Assembly: GCA_965208905.1 (NCBI GenBank)
Contig: OZ242365.1
Span: 2,150,776 to 2,214,775 of the forward strand
Direction of reading: 5' to 3'
Source of the DNA: Nitrosopumilaceae archaeon
GTDB lineage: Archaea > Thermoproteota > Nitrososphaeria > Nitrososphaerales > Nitrosopumilaceae
DNA length: 64,000 bases
In this document: positions 43,024 to 52,859 of the stretch, piece by piece
How the letters are laid out: every line of letters begins with the position of its first letter
Numbering within the stretch: position 1 is the stretch's first letter
The notes under the pieces: generated by a model
Database searches by the model: none
What the model was told of the DNA's origin: nothing
What the model saw: the letters and a program-made list of their open reading frames with translations, nothing else
Position numbers and translations under genes: made by a program

Positions 43024-44055
43024 CTACTGATCGGTAGTATTCTCTGTGTCGGTTGGTGCAGTCTTTGTTTTTCTGGTAGTCTTTTTGGCTTTGGGATCTT
43101 CGGGATCAATTATACCGGCCTCACCAATACCAAATATGACCTCCTCTTCAGGATGGTGCGGACTGTCCACCATACGTGCAATTCTCTTTTTACCAGATTT
43201 TTTAAAGTAGACTCGATAAGTACTGGTATGAGCCACCACATTGCCACCAATGGGCTTTGTGGGATCTCCAAAGAATACATCTGGTGATGCCATCACCTGA
43301 TTGGTGGCCACCGCCGCACAGTTGTATGTCTCGGCTATGCGCACCAACAGATGTACAAAGTGGTTTAGCTTCTGCTGCCTCTCTGATAGCGTGCCCCGTC
43401 CTAGATACTCGGATCTGAATAGGCCCACTGCAGAATCAGCTACTAATAGCTTGATGTTACTCTCACGTATTATGGTGCCTGCTTCCTCAAGTATGAGTAC
43501 CTGATGGGAGCTGTTGTATGCACGTGCTACTATGATATTGTCTAGTATCTGTTGCGGATCCATGCCATTGGCCTGGGCAATAGAGACTATTCTCTCAGGC
43601 CTAAAGGTATTCTCCGAATCTATATACAGCACACCGCCTTCAAGTCCGCCCTCTTGTATGCTCTTTTGTACCATGACGCATAGTGTGTGGCAGAACTGCG
43701 TTTTCCCACAACCAAATTCTCCATACACTTCGGTAAGGGCTTGCGTCTCAACACCTCCATCAAATAGTGTGTCGAGGCAGTCGGTTCCGGTGGATATCTT
43801 TCCTATCTCTTGTCTACGTTTGTAGATGTCTGCTGCACTAACGAACTCTTTTGCCAGTTGTCCACTTTCGGATAGATGTTTTCTAGCTTTGGTGACTAGT
43901 TTTTCAGCAGTCTCTTTCTCCATCCCGGTAATACTAGCAATTTCAACAGGTCCTCGAACTATGAGATCCATCATATTGTGTATGCCTGCATCAGACAGTT
44001 TCCGTGTGGTTACTGGTCCGACACCTTCTAAACTGTCAAGTTTTATGTCTTCCAT
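43024..44055 (-). CDS. radA: DNA repair and recombination protein RadA
   Basis: HhH N-terminus, GEFGCGKTQ, FRSEYLGRG and IARMVDSP. Confidence 0.97.
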   Translation of the reverse strand: MEDIKLDSLEGVGPVTTRKLSDAGIHNMMDLIVRGPVEIASITGMEKETAEKLVTKARKHLSESGQLAKEFVSAADIYKRRQEIGKISTGTDCLDTLFDGGVETQALTEVYGEFGCGKTQFCHTLCVMVQKSIQEGGLEGGVLYIDSENTFRPERIVSIAQANGMDPQQILDNIIVARAYNSSHQVLILEEAGTIIRESNIKLLVADSAVGLFRSEYLGRGTLSERQQKLNHFVHLLVRIAETYNCAAVATNQVMASPDVFFGDPTKPIGGNVVAHTSTYRVYFKKSGKKRIARMVDSPHHPEEEVIFGIGEAGIIDPEDPKAKKTTRKTKTAPTDTENTTDQ

Positions 44056-44180
44056 TGTATAGCGTACGGTATCGTACATTATAAATATTACTAGTCTTTC
44101 ATCTGAGCTACAGAAACGTTATACGTTTCCACACATTTAGGGGTATGTGTGTCATACAGTACACTGCTATAAAAGACATT

Positions 44181-44356
44181 GAGAATAATTGCAATACGCA
44201 TCAAAGTCTATCTTTACTCCCTTGCAGATGCAAAACCCAAAAATTAGTCAATTTTTGCTACTTTGGCTAAATTACATCTTGTGTATAAGAAAAACCACCA
44301 CGAAGCATCTGGGAAGGTACGCGTATGTTACGCGTTTATCCAATGATATAATTCTC
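44181..44356 (+). mobile_element. Decayed MITE-like derivative of the 31489-32926 tnpB element
   Basis: Ends GAGAATAAT and ATAATTCTC. GAAGCATCTGGGAA(G/T)GTACGCGTATGTTACG is shared with 32870-32900. Confidence 0.6.
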
Positions 44357-44598
44357 AAGTATTTTGGTGAGTGGGCAGGCAACAGTTTTTTTATTACTGA
44401 ACGGTGGAACAGTCTTGTCGTCATGTATTGTGTTTATGTCCCATATGGCAAATGCACATATCATCCGGGCAGGACCTTATGCCAGGTTTAGACTATTTAG
44501 AATCACACCAAGTTTTGCAGAAATAACTTTGGTCGAACAGTTTTAATGCTTTGAGATTCTTATCATTGCTGTTGAATACCACCATTGCGGCGTTCTGC

Positions 44599-45678
44599 AT
44601 GGCAAATATCGGTCTTGTGGTGCTAATACTTGTGTTTCAGGGGGGTGGTATTACCGCATACGCCGAAGACAGTGAGGCTCAGGTACAATCTGAAAACCGC
44701 ACCGACATAATGGAGACCGACGGTGTATTGCACACCATACCGCTGGACAAAATAAGGTATGGCGGCGTGCCAAAAGACGGGATACCATCCATAGATGAGC
44801 CAATATTTGTTAACTCTACAGATGCGGACTTTGTATCGGGTTCAGAGATTGTAATCGGACTGACATTAGGCAATGAAACAAAGGCATACCCGTTATTCAT
44901 TCTGGTGTGGCATGAGATTGTAAACGATAACATCAACGGAACTTCAGTGGCCGTCACGTACTGCCCCTTGTGTTATACCAGTCAGGTATTTGAGAGGGTT
45001 GTAGATGAAAAAGATGTGGAGTTTGGAACCACAGGAAAGTTATACCAAAGTAACCTGTTGATGTATGACCGGCTCACTGACTCTTACTGGAGTCAGGCTC
45101 TGGGAATGGCTGTAAAGGGTCCACAAAGTGGGCAACATCTGGAACTTGTCCCGTTTGATCTCATGACTTGGGAAGACTGGCAGACTCTTTATCCGGATAC
45201 AGTAATACTTGGAACCGATACAGGGCATATCCGCGCATATAGTGTAGACCCGTACGGCTCGTATTATACAAGTCCGGGAATTTGGTTTCCAATAGATCAC
45301 CACGATCCCAGAATGCAACCAAAGGAGATAGTCGTAGGGCTCGGATTTAACGGTACGTTCAAGGCGTATAGACAAGCTGATCTGGAGTCCGAAGTTGTCA
45401 TTAACGATTCCATCGACTCCAGAGACATACTGCTACTTTCCATGTTTGAGGAAAACGCACGAGTATTTGACAGAACGTATGGCAACAACACCTTAGAGTT
45501 TACACTTGATTCTGAAAATATAACCGACACGAACACCGGCTCTGTGTGGAACTATGACGGGAAGGCTATCTCCGGTAATCTTACTGGAACCCAGCTTGTC
45601 CGACTTCCCATTGAACCCGGGTTCTGGTTTTCATGGTCCACGTTTCATCCCTCGACATTAGTATATGGTGATCCATAA
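44599..45678 (+). CDS. DUF3179-family protein
   Basis: Motifs PKDGIPSID, WHEIVND, TYCPLC and LYQSNLLMYDR. Confidence 0.9.
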   Translation: MANIGLVVLILVFQGGGITAYAEDSEAQVQSENRTDIMETDGVLHTIPLDKIRYGGVPKDGIPSIDEPIFVNSTDADFVSGSEIVIGLTLGNETKAYPLFILVWHEIVNDNINGTSVAVTYCPLCYTSQVFERVVDEKDVEFGTTGKLYQSNLLMYDRLTDSYWSQALGMAVKGPQSGQHLELVPFDLMTWEDWQTLYPDTVILGTDTGHIRAYSVDPYGSYYTSPGIWFPIDHHDPRMQPKEIVVGLGFNGTFKAYRQADLESEVVINDSIDSRDILLLSMFEENARVFDRTYGNNTLEFTLDSENITDTNTGSVWNYDGKAISGNLTGTQLVRLPIEPGFWFSWSTFHPSTLVYGDP

Positions 45679-45679
45679 C

Positions 45680-46159
45680 ATGCAACCCATAATCAAGGGA
45701 GTGTCTGTTGCTATTATCACAATGTCGATATATCTTTTGGTGGTTGTAGTTACAACGCCGGCTCTGGATCCGCTGCCTGCCGTTTCGGCCGCGTTTCAGG
45801 CCAACGCCATAGTGATAGTGGGTATGGGTGTGGGCATAGGACTGCAAGTAATCCTCTCCGAGAAAAGCAAGACGATGGGCTGTAGGTTACCCGCCAAAAG
45901 GCGCATATTTGGCGGAAATACGGGGGCCAGTGCCTCCACATCGTTCTTTTCTTTCTTTTCGTTGATTCCACTAGGGTGTTGCGGCTGGTGGCTCTACCTG
46001 TTGTCTTTACTGCCCGGCGTATTGGGAGTTGGGGTCACAGCAGTTCTTATAGAGTACAGTCAAGTGTTGGCGTATGCCGGGCTTGTCATGGTGTTCGGAT
46101 TTGTTGCGCTGGCAGCGTACCGTTTGAGACGTGAGCAAAGCATACGGCAGGCAGCATGA
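45680..46159 (+). CDS. Membrane protein with GCC motif
   Basis: About four TM segments, coupled to the DUF3179 gene. Confidence 0.7.
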   Translation: MQPIIKGVSVAIITMSIYLLVVVVTTPALDPLPAVSAAFQANAIVIVGMGVGIGLQVILSEKSKTMGCRLPAKRRIFGGNTGASASTSFFSFFSLIPLGCCGWWLYLLSLLPGVLGVGVTAVLIEYSQVLAYAGLVMVFGFVALAAYRLRREQSIRQAA

Positions 46160-46354
46160 CTATACGGGCCCACAGGTTCTTGTGTAAGCGCGGCTGTTTC
46201 CCGGCTTGCAACACTACACGTCACACCAGAGAACGATTGTACATGGAGTACCCAGTTATCCAGTCAGTGCTTGATGTTTCACAGGGGCGCCAATATACGA
46301 CCCCTCCATATCCAAGCGCCCCTTAACATAGGTGCTACCGATCTAAGCCAGCAA

Positions 46355-46550
46355 GGAGGGTATTCCACGCGGATGTCAATGCCGCCTGGAATATTTTACA
46401 TCGGGCAGCGGGGAACGTCGTCCTAAGGCGGCCGGGGCAGAAGGCGGGCTACTACACACAACATCCCACCATGCTCCGTTCAATACAACGAGGCCGTCAG
46501 AAAAGGTATGAGTGTACAGCCGAGGCTGTGTACTTTTCTATATAATTCCC
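46355..46550 (+). mobile_element. Orphan 3' end of a tnpB element (putative omegaRNA scaffold plus right TIR)
   Basis: About 84% identical by manual alignment to 348-535, ending in TATAATTCCC. No upstream tnpB ORF. Confidence 0.85.
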
Positions 46551-46585
46551 TAAACTATAAATGATGAACGTGGTTGTATAGTAAT

Positions 46586-46765
46586 ATGTCCTCGCAGATA
46601 TCGTTGCCAACGTGTAGTAGTTGCTTTAGGCCTATAATGCCCAATGACAAGTGCGTCAAATTTGAATGCCCTGACTGTGATACAACACGTATATGGCGCT
46701 GCGAGAGTTGTCGTGGGTCAGCGCGGCCATACACATGTAGCCAATGTGGGTTTGAGGGACCATAA
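46586..46765 (+). CDS. Zn-ribbon protein (DUF1610/HVO_2753-like)
   Basis: Four CxxC motifs and a CGFEGP end. It sits in the conserved position upstream of EF-1beta. Confidence 0.9.
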   Translation: MSSQISLPTCSSCFRPIMPNDKCVKFECPDCDTTRIWRCESCRGSARPYTCSQCGFEGP

Positions 46766-46766
46766 G

Positions 46767-47048
46767 ATGGCCCGTCTACTGTTCATTACAAAGATACTTC
46801 CCACTGCCATTGATGTGGACCTAAAAGGTTTGGCTGCAACAGTAAAGGATGCACTCCCTGATGATATGGAGCTAAAGAGGTATGCCACCGAGCCCATAGC
46901 ATTTGGTTTAGAGTGCATAAAGGCTGAATTTATCATAGACGATAGCGAGGGCCAAAGCGACGCGCTAGAAGATGCTGTACGCAGTGTTGAGGGCGTCAGT
47001 GAATTTGAGGTACTAAACATGAGCAGGATGTCTGTGGATATGAAGTAA
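46767..47048 (+). CDS. ef1b: Translation elongation factor EF-1beta
   Basis: Motifs KILP, EPIAFGL and VEGVSEFEV. Confidence 0.93.
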   Translation: MARLLFITKILPTAIDVDLKGLAATVKDALPDDMELKRYATEPIAFGLECIKAEFIIDDSEGQSDALEDAVRSVEGVSEFEVLNMSRMSVDMK

Positions 47049-47049
47049 C

Positions 47050-49206
47050 TTGATAAGCTCAAAACCCTTACAGATGCGTGTAGCCGAAGCAATGAAACGA
47101 GACATAGGCAAGCGACGTGCCCGCATGGGCCCGGACGCCATGGACTTTTTGGGCGCCTCTCCGGGCGATATAGTAAAGATAACCGGTATGCGGTCCAGCT
47201 GCGCAATAGTGTGGCCTGCCGATGAGGATGAGACGACTCCCGGTATAATACGCATAGACGGACAGACCAGGACAAACATGGGCGTCTCTATAAACGACAC
47301 CATATCTGTGGTGAAGACGCAGGTAAAGACCGCACGCTCGGCAGTTCTCATACCCGTAAACGACTCTGTTACCATAGATGATGAGTTTACAAACTTTGTA
47401 AAAAATCGACTCTCTGATATTCCATTGATGCAGGGAGATGAGATATCCGTTAAAATTTTAGGCAATTCAATGATGTTTCGTATAGGTAAAACAATCCCAA
47501 ACTCTGTGATAAGCATAGCCGACTCCACATCTTTGGTCATATCTGATGAGCCGCCGGTTAATCAGAGGGCGCGCATAACGTATGAGGAGGTGGGAGGTCT
47601 GACTCAAGAGATAGGTGCCATGCGTGAGATTGTCGAGCTGCCCCTACGCCATCCTGAACTGTTTACCAGATTGGGTGTGGAGGCGCATAGTGGTGTCTTG
47701 TTGTATGGTCCACCCGGCTGTGGTAAAACACTCATAGCTAAAGTACTGGCCAGTGAGTCTGATGCCAACATGTTCTCCATCAGTGGTCCAGAGATTGTAA
47801 ACAAGTATTATGGAGAGACTGAGGCGCGTCTTCGAGAGATATTCCAAGAGGCCAAAGAGAACGCCCCCAGTATAATATTCATAGATGAGATTGATGCAAT
47901 AGCCCCAAAACGCGATGATGCCTATGGTGATGTCGAAAAACGTGTTGTGGCCCAGCTATTGGCACTCATGGACGGACTTGACGAACGGGGAAATGTGATA
48001 GTTCTAGGTGCCACAAATAGGCCCGATAGCATGGAGGCTGCACTGCGCAGACCAGGACGATTCGATCGTGAATTTGAGATATCTGTTCCCAATGTAGATG
48101 GTCGACTGGACATACTACAGATACATACCCGCGGTATGCCACTATCACAAGAGATAAACCTAAAGGATTTGGCCGGACAACTATATGGCTATACAGGAGC
48201 TGATATCAAATCATTATGCCGTGAAGCGGCCACAAGAGCCATACGCAGATATCTGCCACAGATGGATTTGGAGTCTGAACGCATACCAACCAAAGTTCTC
48301 AAAACCATGGAGATAAAACTAGTGGACTTTTATTTGGGAATGCACGAGGTGGTCCCCACCGCCATGAGGGAGTTTTATGTGGAGCGCCCCAAAGTCTTCT
48401 GGAAGGATGTGGGTGGCATGGACGATGTCAAGACTACACTGACAGAGAACCTTTTAGTATCGATAAAGAATCCCTCAAAGTTCTCAAATATGGGTATAAG
48501 GCCACCTAAGGGAGTGTTGTTGTACGGACCGCCAGGCTGCGGCAAAACATTGGTATCAAGAGCATTAGCCGCAGAGAGTGGCGCCAATATGATACTGGTC
48601 CGAGGCCCTGAGATACTATCAAAGTGGTTGGGCGAGTCTGAGAAGGCAGTTCGGGAGATATTCCGTAAGGCAAAGGCATCCTCGCCATGTGCTGTAATAT
48701 TTGATGAACTAGACTCATTGGCCAAAGTTCGGGAAGGTAGCGCCGGTGAGACCGTCTTGAGTCAGCTACTCACTGAGATAGAGGGGACCACTCCTGGGGT
48801 TGTAGTGATTGGCATCACCAACCGACCAGACGTATTGGATGCATCTCTGCTACGGACCGGAAGGCTTGATATGTCAATATATGTGGGGCCCCCGGACGAG
48901 GCCAACCGTCTAGATATCATAAAGATACTGACCTCCAAGATGCCTCTGGACTCTAGTGTAAATATTGGTGAGATAGCGGTAGCCACTAGTAACTATACTG
49001 GTGCAGACTTGGCAGCACTATGTCGGGAGACTGCTATCCGGGCCATGCGACACGACCAGAGTGCGATACACGATGTGGACTTTGCTGAAGCACTAAAAGT
49101 GATCAGACCTAGCATAACACAAGATATACATGACTGGTACGAGAATGTGGGCCAAAACATATCAAAAACAATTCCCAAAAAAACAGACAAGGTGTTCTAT
49201 GGATAA
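47050..49206 (+). CDS. cdc48: CDC48/VCP AAA+ ATPase
   Basis: N-domain plus two GPPGCGKT AAA modules. Confidence 0.96.
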   Translation: MISSKPLQMRVAEAMKRDIGKRRARMGPDAMDFLGASPGDIVKITGMRSSCAIVWPADEDETTPGIIRIDGQTRTNMGVSINDTISVVKTQVKTARSAVLIPVNDSVTIDDEFTNFVKNRLSDIPLMQGDEISVKILGNSMMFRIGKTIPNSVISIADSTSLVISDEPPVNQRARITYEEVGGLTQEIGAMREIVELPLRHPELFTRLGVEAHSGVLLYGPPGCGKTLIAKVLASESDANMFSISGPEIVNKYYGETEARLREIFQEAKENAPSIIFIDEIDAIAPKRDDAYGDVEKRVVAQLLALMDGLDERGNVIVLGATNRPDSMEAALRRPGRFDREFEISVPNVDGRLDILQIHTRGMPLSQEINLKDLAGQLYGYTGADIKSLCREAATRAIRRYLPQMDLESERIPTKVLKTMEIKLVDFYLGMHEVVPTAMREFYVERPKVFWKDVGGMDDVKTTLTENLLVSIKNPSKFSNMGIRPPKGVLLYGPPGCGKTLVSRALAAESGANMILVRGPEILSKWLGESEKAVREIFRKAKASSPCAVIFDELDSLAKVREGSAGETVLSQLLTEIEGTTPGVVVIGITNRPDVLDASLLRTGRLDMSIYVGPPDEANRLDIIKILTSKMPLDSSVNIGEIAVATSNYTGADLAALCRETAIRAMRHDQSAIHDVDFAEALKVIRPSITQDIHDWYENVGQNISKTIPKKTDKVFYG

Positions 49207-49496
49207 TGACTCTGCCCCTGCGCAACATAATACACGATAAGATTGTAGATGCCGGCTCACTGACCGACGAAGACCTATCAAAATCACTCTCCAAGGATGG
49301 GCATAATATCTCTACGGATATGCTAAACAAGATATTGTTGGGCCTAGAGATAGGTGGCATAATCAATGTCACGTGGTTTACAAAGGATATACGCAAAATC
49401 GAGGTTGCTGAGCTGGAAGAGGATGAGACCGACATTGAAGATAAAAAGATGCGTGAGAGAGAGTATGAGGCCAGCTTTCCTGGAGCTGATCACTGA
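49206..49496 (+). CDS. Conserved small winged-helix-like protein
   Basis: Coupled to cdc48. LNKILLGLEIGGII pattern. Confidence 0.75.
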   Translation: MTLPLRNIIHDKIVDAGSLTDEDLSKSLSKDGHNISTDMLNKILLGLEIGGIINVTWFTKDIRKIEVAELEEDETDIEDKKMREREYEASFPGADH

Positions 49497-49587
49497 TGTT
49501 ATCTAACTGGTAATAAATTTTCGATTTAACATGTTAGCACCATATAGATGGGCATCCTCTGACTATATGTCTAAAACAACAGTATCT

Positions 49588-50172
49588 TTACAGGTCGCCC
49601 AAGGAGCGTGAGTGCTTGGCCGTATGAGGCCTCTCACCTGAGTATCTGCGGCGCATGTGCCCTGATGGCCTGCCGTCCAGCAACTCCAAAAACCATGCCT
49701 CGTGCTCTATCTCTTCTGCTAGTATACTGGATGCTATCTCATATGTGGTGGGATCCTTGCCATGAGTCATCTTACAAACAATATCCCAGTTTACAATGGC
49801 GCCCTGTTCGGCCTTGAGACACTTTTCAAGTATTTGACGGAGTGTGGTCTTCTTTGTGGACTGTAGAAAGTCTGCTCCTGCCAACTTGCAAAACTCTGTA
49901 ACATCGGTGGGGAACTCGCCTCCCAACTGATATATTCGGTCTATACAAGATTCAAAGTGGCTCAGGTCCTCTAGTCTGGCATCCTCAATTACGCCCTTTA
50001 TGCCCTCACCTTCCATACCTGTACAGAATGCTCGCAAATTTGTAAAGTAATAGTATGCAACAAATTCCACAGATGCATTATACACCAAAGTCTCTAAGAG
50101 TTTATCCACATCTACGCCGTTCTTTTTTAGTACCTCTACGCCTACTACTTTGTGTTTCTTTGCAGCTGCCAA
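49588..50172 (-). CDS. DPS-like (ferritin-like) protein
   Basis: Motifs EFVAYYY, EDARLEDLSHFE and EEIEHEAWF...GH. Confidence 0.9.
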   Translation of the reverse strand: MAAAKKHKVVGVEVLKKNGVDVDKLLETLVYNASVEFVAYYYFTNLRAFCTGMEGEGIKGVIEDARLEDLSHFESCIDRIYQLGGEFPTDVTEFCKLAGADFLQSTKKTTLRQILEKCLKAEQGAIVNWDIVCKMTHGKDPTTYEIASSILAEEIEHEAWFLELLDGRPSGHMRRRYSGERPHTAKHSRSLGDL

Positions 50173-50244
50173 TCATCCTTCATGGCATGTTTTATTATAT
50201 TAATATTGTCAGAATACGTTTCTTGAAGGCTATATGTACACCTG

Positions 50245-51859
50245 GGTTCCTCCCGCAAAGTTGGGTGACGTTACACCACCACGCGGGATAGTCTGTCAGC
50301 CCAGTTGCTACAGCAACCCTGTATGAGTGGTGTGGGATCGAGGATTACATCCACGCCACGACGGACTTCGCCCAGACTGGCCGAAACCTGACGACCATAT
50401 CGGGATACGGCACTTGTTCGCCGTATATTCTCCACTGCGTTGACGTCGCGATCTACGCCAACTATATGGCAGCGGGTGCAGTCTTTTTTATGATAAGTCC
50501 CAGTTAGTATGGTTCTACATACAGCACATAGCTTGGATGTGTTGTGTGGACGCATATGTAATGCATCCACTCCCAAAAACCGGGATTTTTCATAAATTAA
50601 ATTTGATGCCTTTCGCATCATGGCAGAGTATAGCCTGCGACGCAAGCTGCGTCCAAACCTTCCACCCCTCTGCCAATTGTACGATATGTGGGTTAAATCC
50701 TCTAACATCACCAAACACCCGGACTGTGCGGCCCACTGTGCAATGCATAGTGCTATCACGTTCAGCACATGTTCGTGGTGGCGCATGGCTTTGGTTACCC
50801 TGCGCTTTTTAGCATTCTTCCTTGACTTTGTATGGTTATGCTGTATGCTCAATATGCATCGGCTCATCTGCCTCTTTATCTCGGCGGCCCTCTTGTGTTT
50901 ACCCTCCCTCTTGAGTTTCCTGTATCTGCGTCTGAGTTTGTTGTGTAACTTGCGACCACCATGTGTGACTTGTTGCTTTTCTCTGCGCGCCTCCTCTTTC
51001 TTATGTGTAATACGCCTTCCGGTACGTGCCGCATATGCGATATTATCATGTGTACGGGTATACGTATTGTTTGCATCCTCAGTCTTTGCCTCCTCAATGG
51101 CCTGTATTGTATCGGATAGATCAAATTGTACCATTGCATTCCTGTCTCCCACGGTGATGTTCTTTTCATTAATATCCACGCCAATTACATCCTTTGGTGT
51201 GCCGCCAACATGCCCCACATCCGTAAGTAATTCGATGATCTCTGACTTGCCGTGTGGGTGGGGCTTGTCAACCTCGGGCACGTTGTTGTAATATGTAATG
51301 GTGTATGTGGTTGGCGTGATCCACAACTCGCCCAACTCATTTTGTCCTATTTTACGTACCACATCTAAAGAGACGGGAATTGCTATCATGTGTCGGTGTT
51401 TTGATGAGCCAACATTTGCAATAGCCATATATCCGCCCGCTATCGGATTCAGCCTCCAATTTTGGTTTTTCAACTTTACAACCGGATTACAGAATACGGG
51501 CTCAGACACCTTCGTGCCCTGTACAGTCTTTGTATTGTACGTTTTATGGGCGGCAACCCCGTCCCGTATGGCGGTCTGCGTTATGGACGAATGTACTTTG
51601 GGGTCAGGGCCGCGCATCGTATGGTATATCAATGCGTTAACACCATAGGTATCCTTCCCCGTGTTATCTGCTATAATGTACGCCACTTCTGCCACCTTTC
51701 TGACATGTTCAAACACATGCCGCATGCCCAAATTTTTTGTGTATGGACGTGTTGCTGCCCTGCTATTTTTTACAAGAGCCATCATATAGTACGGTTTAAT
51801 GACGTATTTAACGCTATTCAACAACACATCAACCATCACCCGACTTTGCGGTAGGAACC
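50245..51859 (-). mobile_element. Non-autonomous tnpB element with 24-bp TIRs and 8-bp TSD
   Basis: TIRs GGTTCCTCCCGCAAAGTTGGGTGA and GGTTCCTACCGCAAAGTCGGGTGA (22/24). TACACCTG is duplicated at 50237-50244 and 51860-51867. Confidence 0.93.
50271..51785 (-). CDS. tnpB: TnpB-family nuclease (~504 aa, long basic insertion)
   Basis: RuvC motifs GVDIN / MLEDL / DRDVNA and CAVC..CTRC. The start was moved inside the TIR. Confidence 0.85.
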   Translation of the reverse strand: MMALVKNSRAATRPYTKNLGMRHVFEHVRKVAEVAYIIADNTGKDTYGVNALIYHTMRGPDPKVHSSITQTAIRDGVAAHKTYNTKTVQGTKVSEPVFCNPVVKLKNQNWRLNPIAGGYMAIANVGSSKHRHMIAIPVSLDVVRKIGQNELGELWITPTTYTITYYNNVPEVDKPHPHGKSEIIELLTDVGHVGGTPKDVIGVDINEKNITVGDRNAMVQFDLSDTIQAIEEAKTEDANNTYTRTHDNIAYAARTGRRITHKKEEARREKQQVTHGGRKLHNKLRRRYRKLKREGKHKRAAEIKRQMSRCILSIQHNHTKSRKNAKKRRVTKAMRHHEHVLNVIALCIAQWAAQSGCLVMLEDLTHISYNWQRGGRFGRSLRRRLYSAMMRKASNLIYEKSRFLGVDALHMRPHNTSKLCAVCRTILTGTYHKKDCTRCHIVGVDRDVNAVENIRRTSAVSRYGRQVSASLGEVRRGVDVILDPTPLIQGCCSNWADRLSRVVV

Positions 51860-51902
51860 TACACCTGTAACACTTTTTACAACATTGCAAGCTCTATACA
51901 TC

Positions 51903-52520
51903 ATGGTATTGCCTTCGGACCTTGAAGACCCGACACCTCCTCCCACTCTGCAGGACTTTAAAAGACAGTCTATTGAATTTATACAGGATATATCAAACGG
52001 CTACAAAGAGTGGGTGGACTACTACAATCTGCCGCCTGAAGAGGATGCCAAACGCCGTGCTGAGATTGATGATGTGGTGTCTCGTACATGCCAATGGATT
52101 ACACAGGTACCACAGAATCGTAGCGGACTATCTGTAATAACCGACGATGGTGTTCAAAAGATGGCCGAAGCTACAGCGGGTTGGCCCTTTCAGATAGGTG
52201 TCTTTGTAAATAATACATCCAGATACGTTTCAGTCACAGATGCACCTGTAAATATTCGGCTACGGGCGGTTGGCCAAAACGGACGAAGGGTGAAACTAGG
52301 ACGTCACTATCAAAGTCGTCTTCGTATTGATGCTACCTGCAAAGCCAGCATACCGGACGTTCCTGATGTTACATATGACTCGATGGATATAACACTCCAA
52401 CTACACGTAGAGAGTTGCGCACCCGGAGACTTGGTATCGTTTACACCAATATTTGTCGAGATGGAAGAAGATAGAGAGTTTAGCAGTCGCGGTAAGACGA
52501 CTCTGGTCTACTTTAAGTGA
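51903..52520 (+). CDS. Hypothetical protein
   Basis: ~205-aa ORF with no recognised motif. Confidence 0.6.
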   Translation: MVLPSDLEDPTPPPTLQDFKRQSIEFIQDISNGYKEWVDYYNLPPEEDAKRRAEIDDVVSRTCQWITQVPQNRSGLSVITDDGVQKMAEATAGWPFQIGVFVNNTSRYVSVTDAPVNIRLRAVGQNGRRVKLGRHYQSRLRIDATCKASIPDVPDVTYDSMDITLQLHVESCAPGDLVSFTPIFVEMEEDREFSSRGKTTLVYFK

Positions 52521-52524
52521 TGTC

Positions 52525-52839
52525 TCATATGGGAGTTACTTTGATGGCTACGCGCCGCTCCTCTGCGCGCAGCTCATTTGGATACTTTATACTGGATATC
52601 AGACTTATCAATGATGTGTCGTGTATCCGCTCTGCCGTACCATGTATTGTCTTGTTATGATCAAAATATATAACAACCTCTGGATTATACAGTGCATTTA
52701 AAAACCAGTCTGAATCCGGTCTATGCCGTGTAAAATAATACTCTCCATTATACAAGACGGCAGTTATCTTTACTGTGTGCGTCTGGCCAGTCTTTCTGCC
52801 GATGGTCTGCAGTCGTACTCGTATGGGTGGATTTGCCAT
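52525..52839 (-). CDS. Deazaflavin (F420)-dependent oxidoreductase/nitroreductase-like protein
   Basis: L.TIGRKTGQ...DWFLNA..NPEV. Confidence 0.8.
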   Translation of the reverse strand: MANPPIRVRLQTIGRKTGQTHTVKITAVLYNGEYYFTRHRPDSDWFLNALYNPEVVIYFDHNKTIHGTAERIHDTSLISLISSIKYPNELRAEERRVAIKVTPI

Positions 52840-52859
52840 ATACTAAATTAAATACAGGA

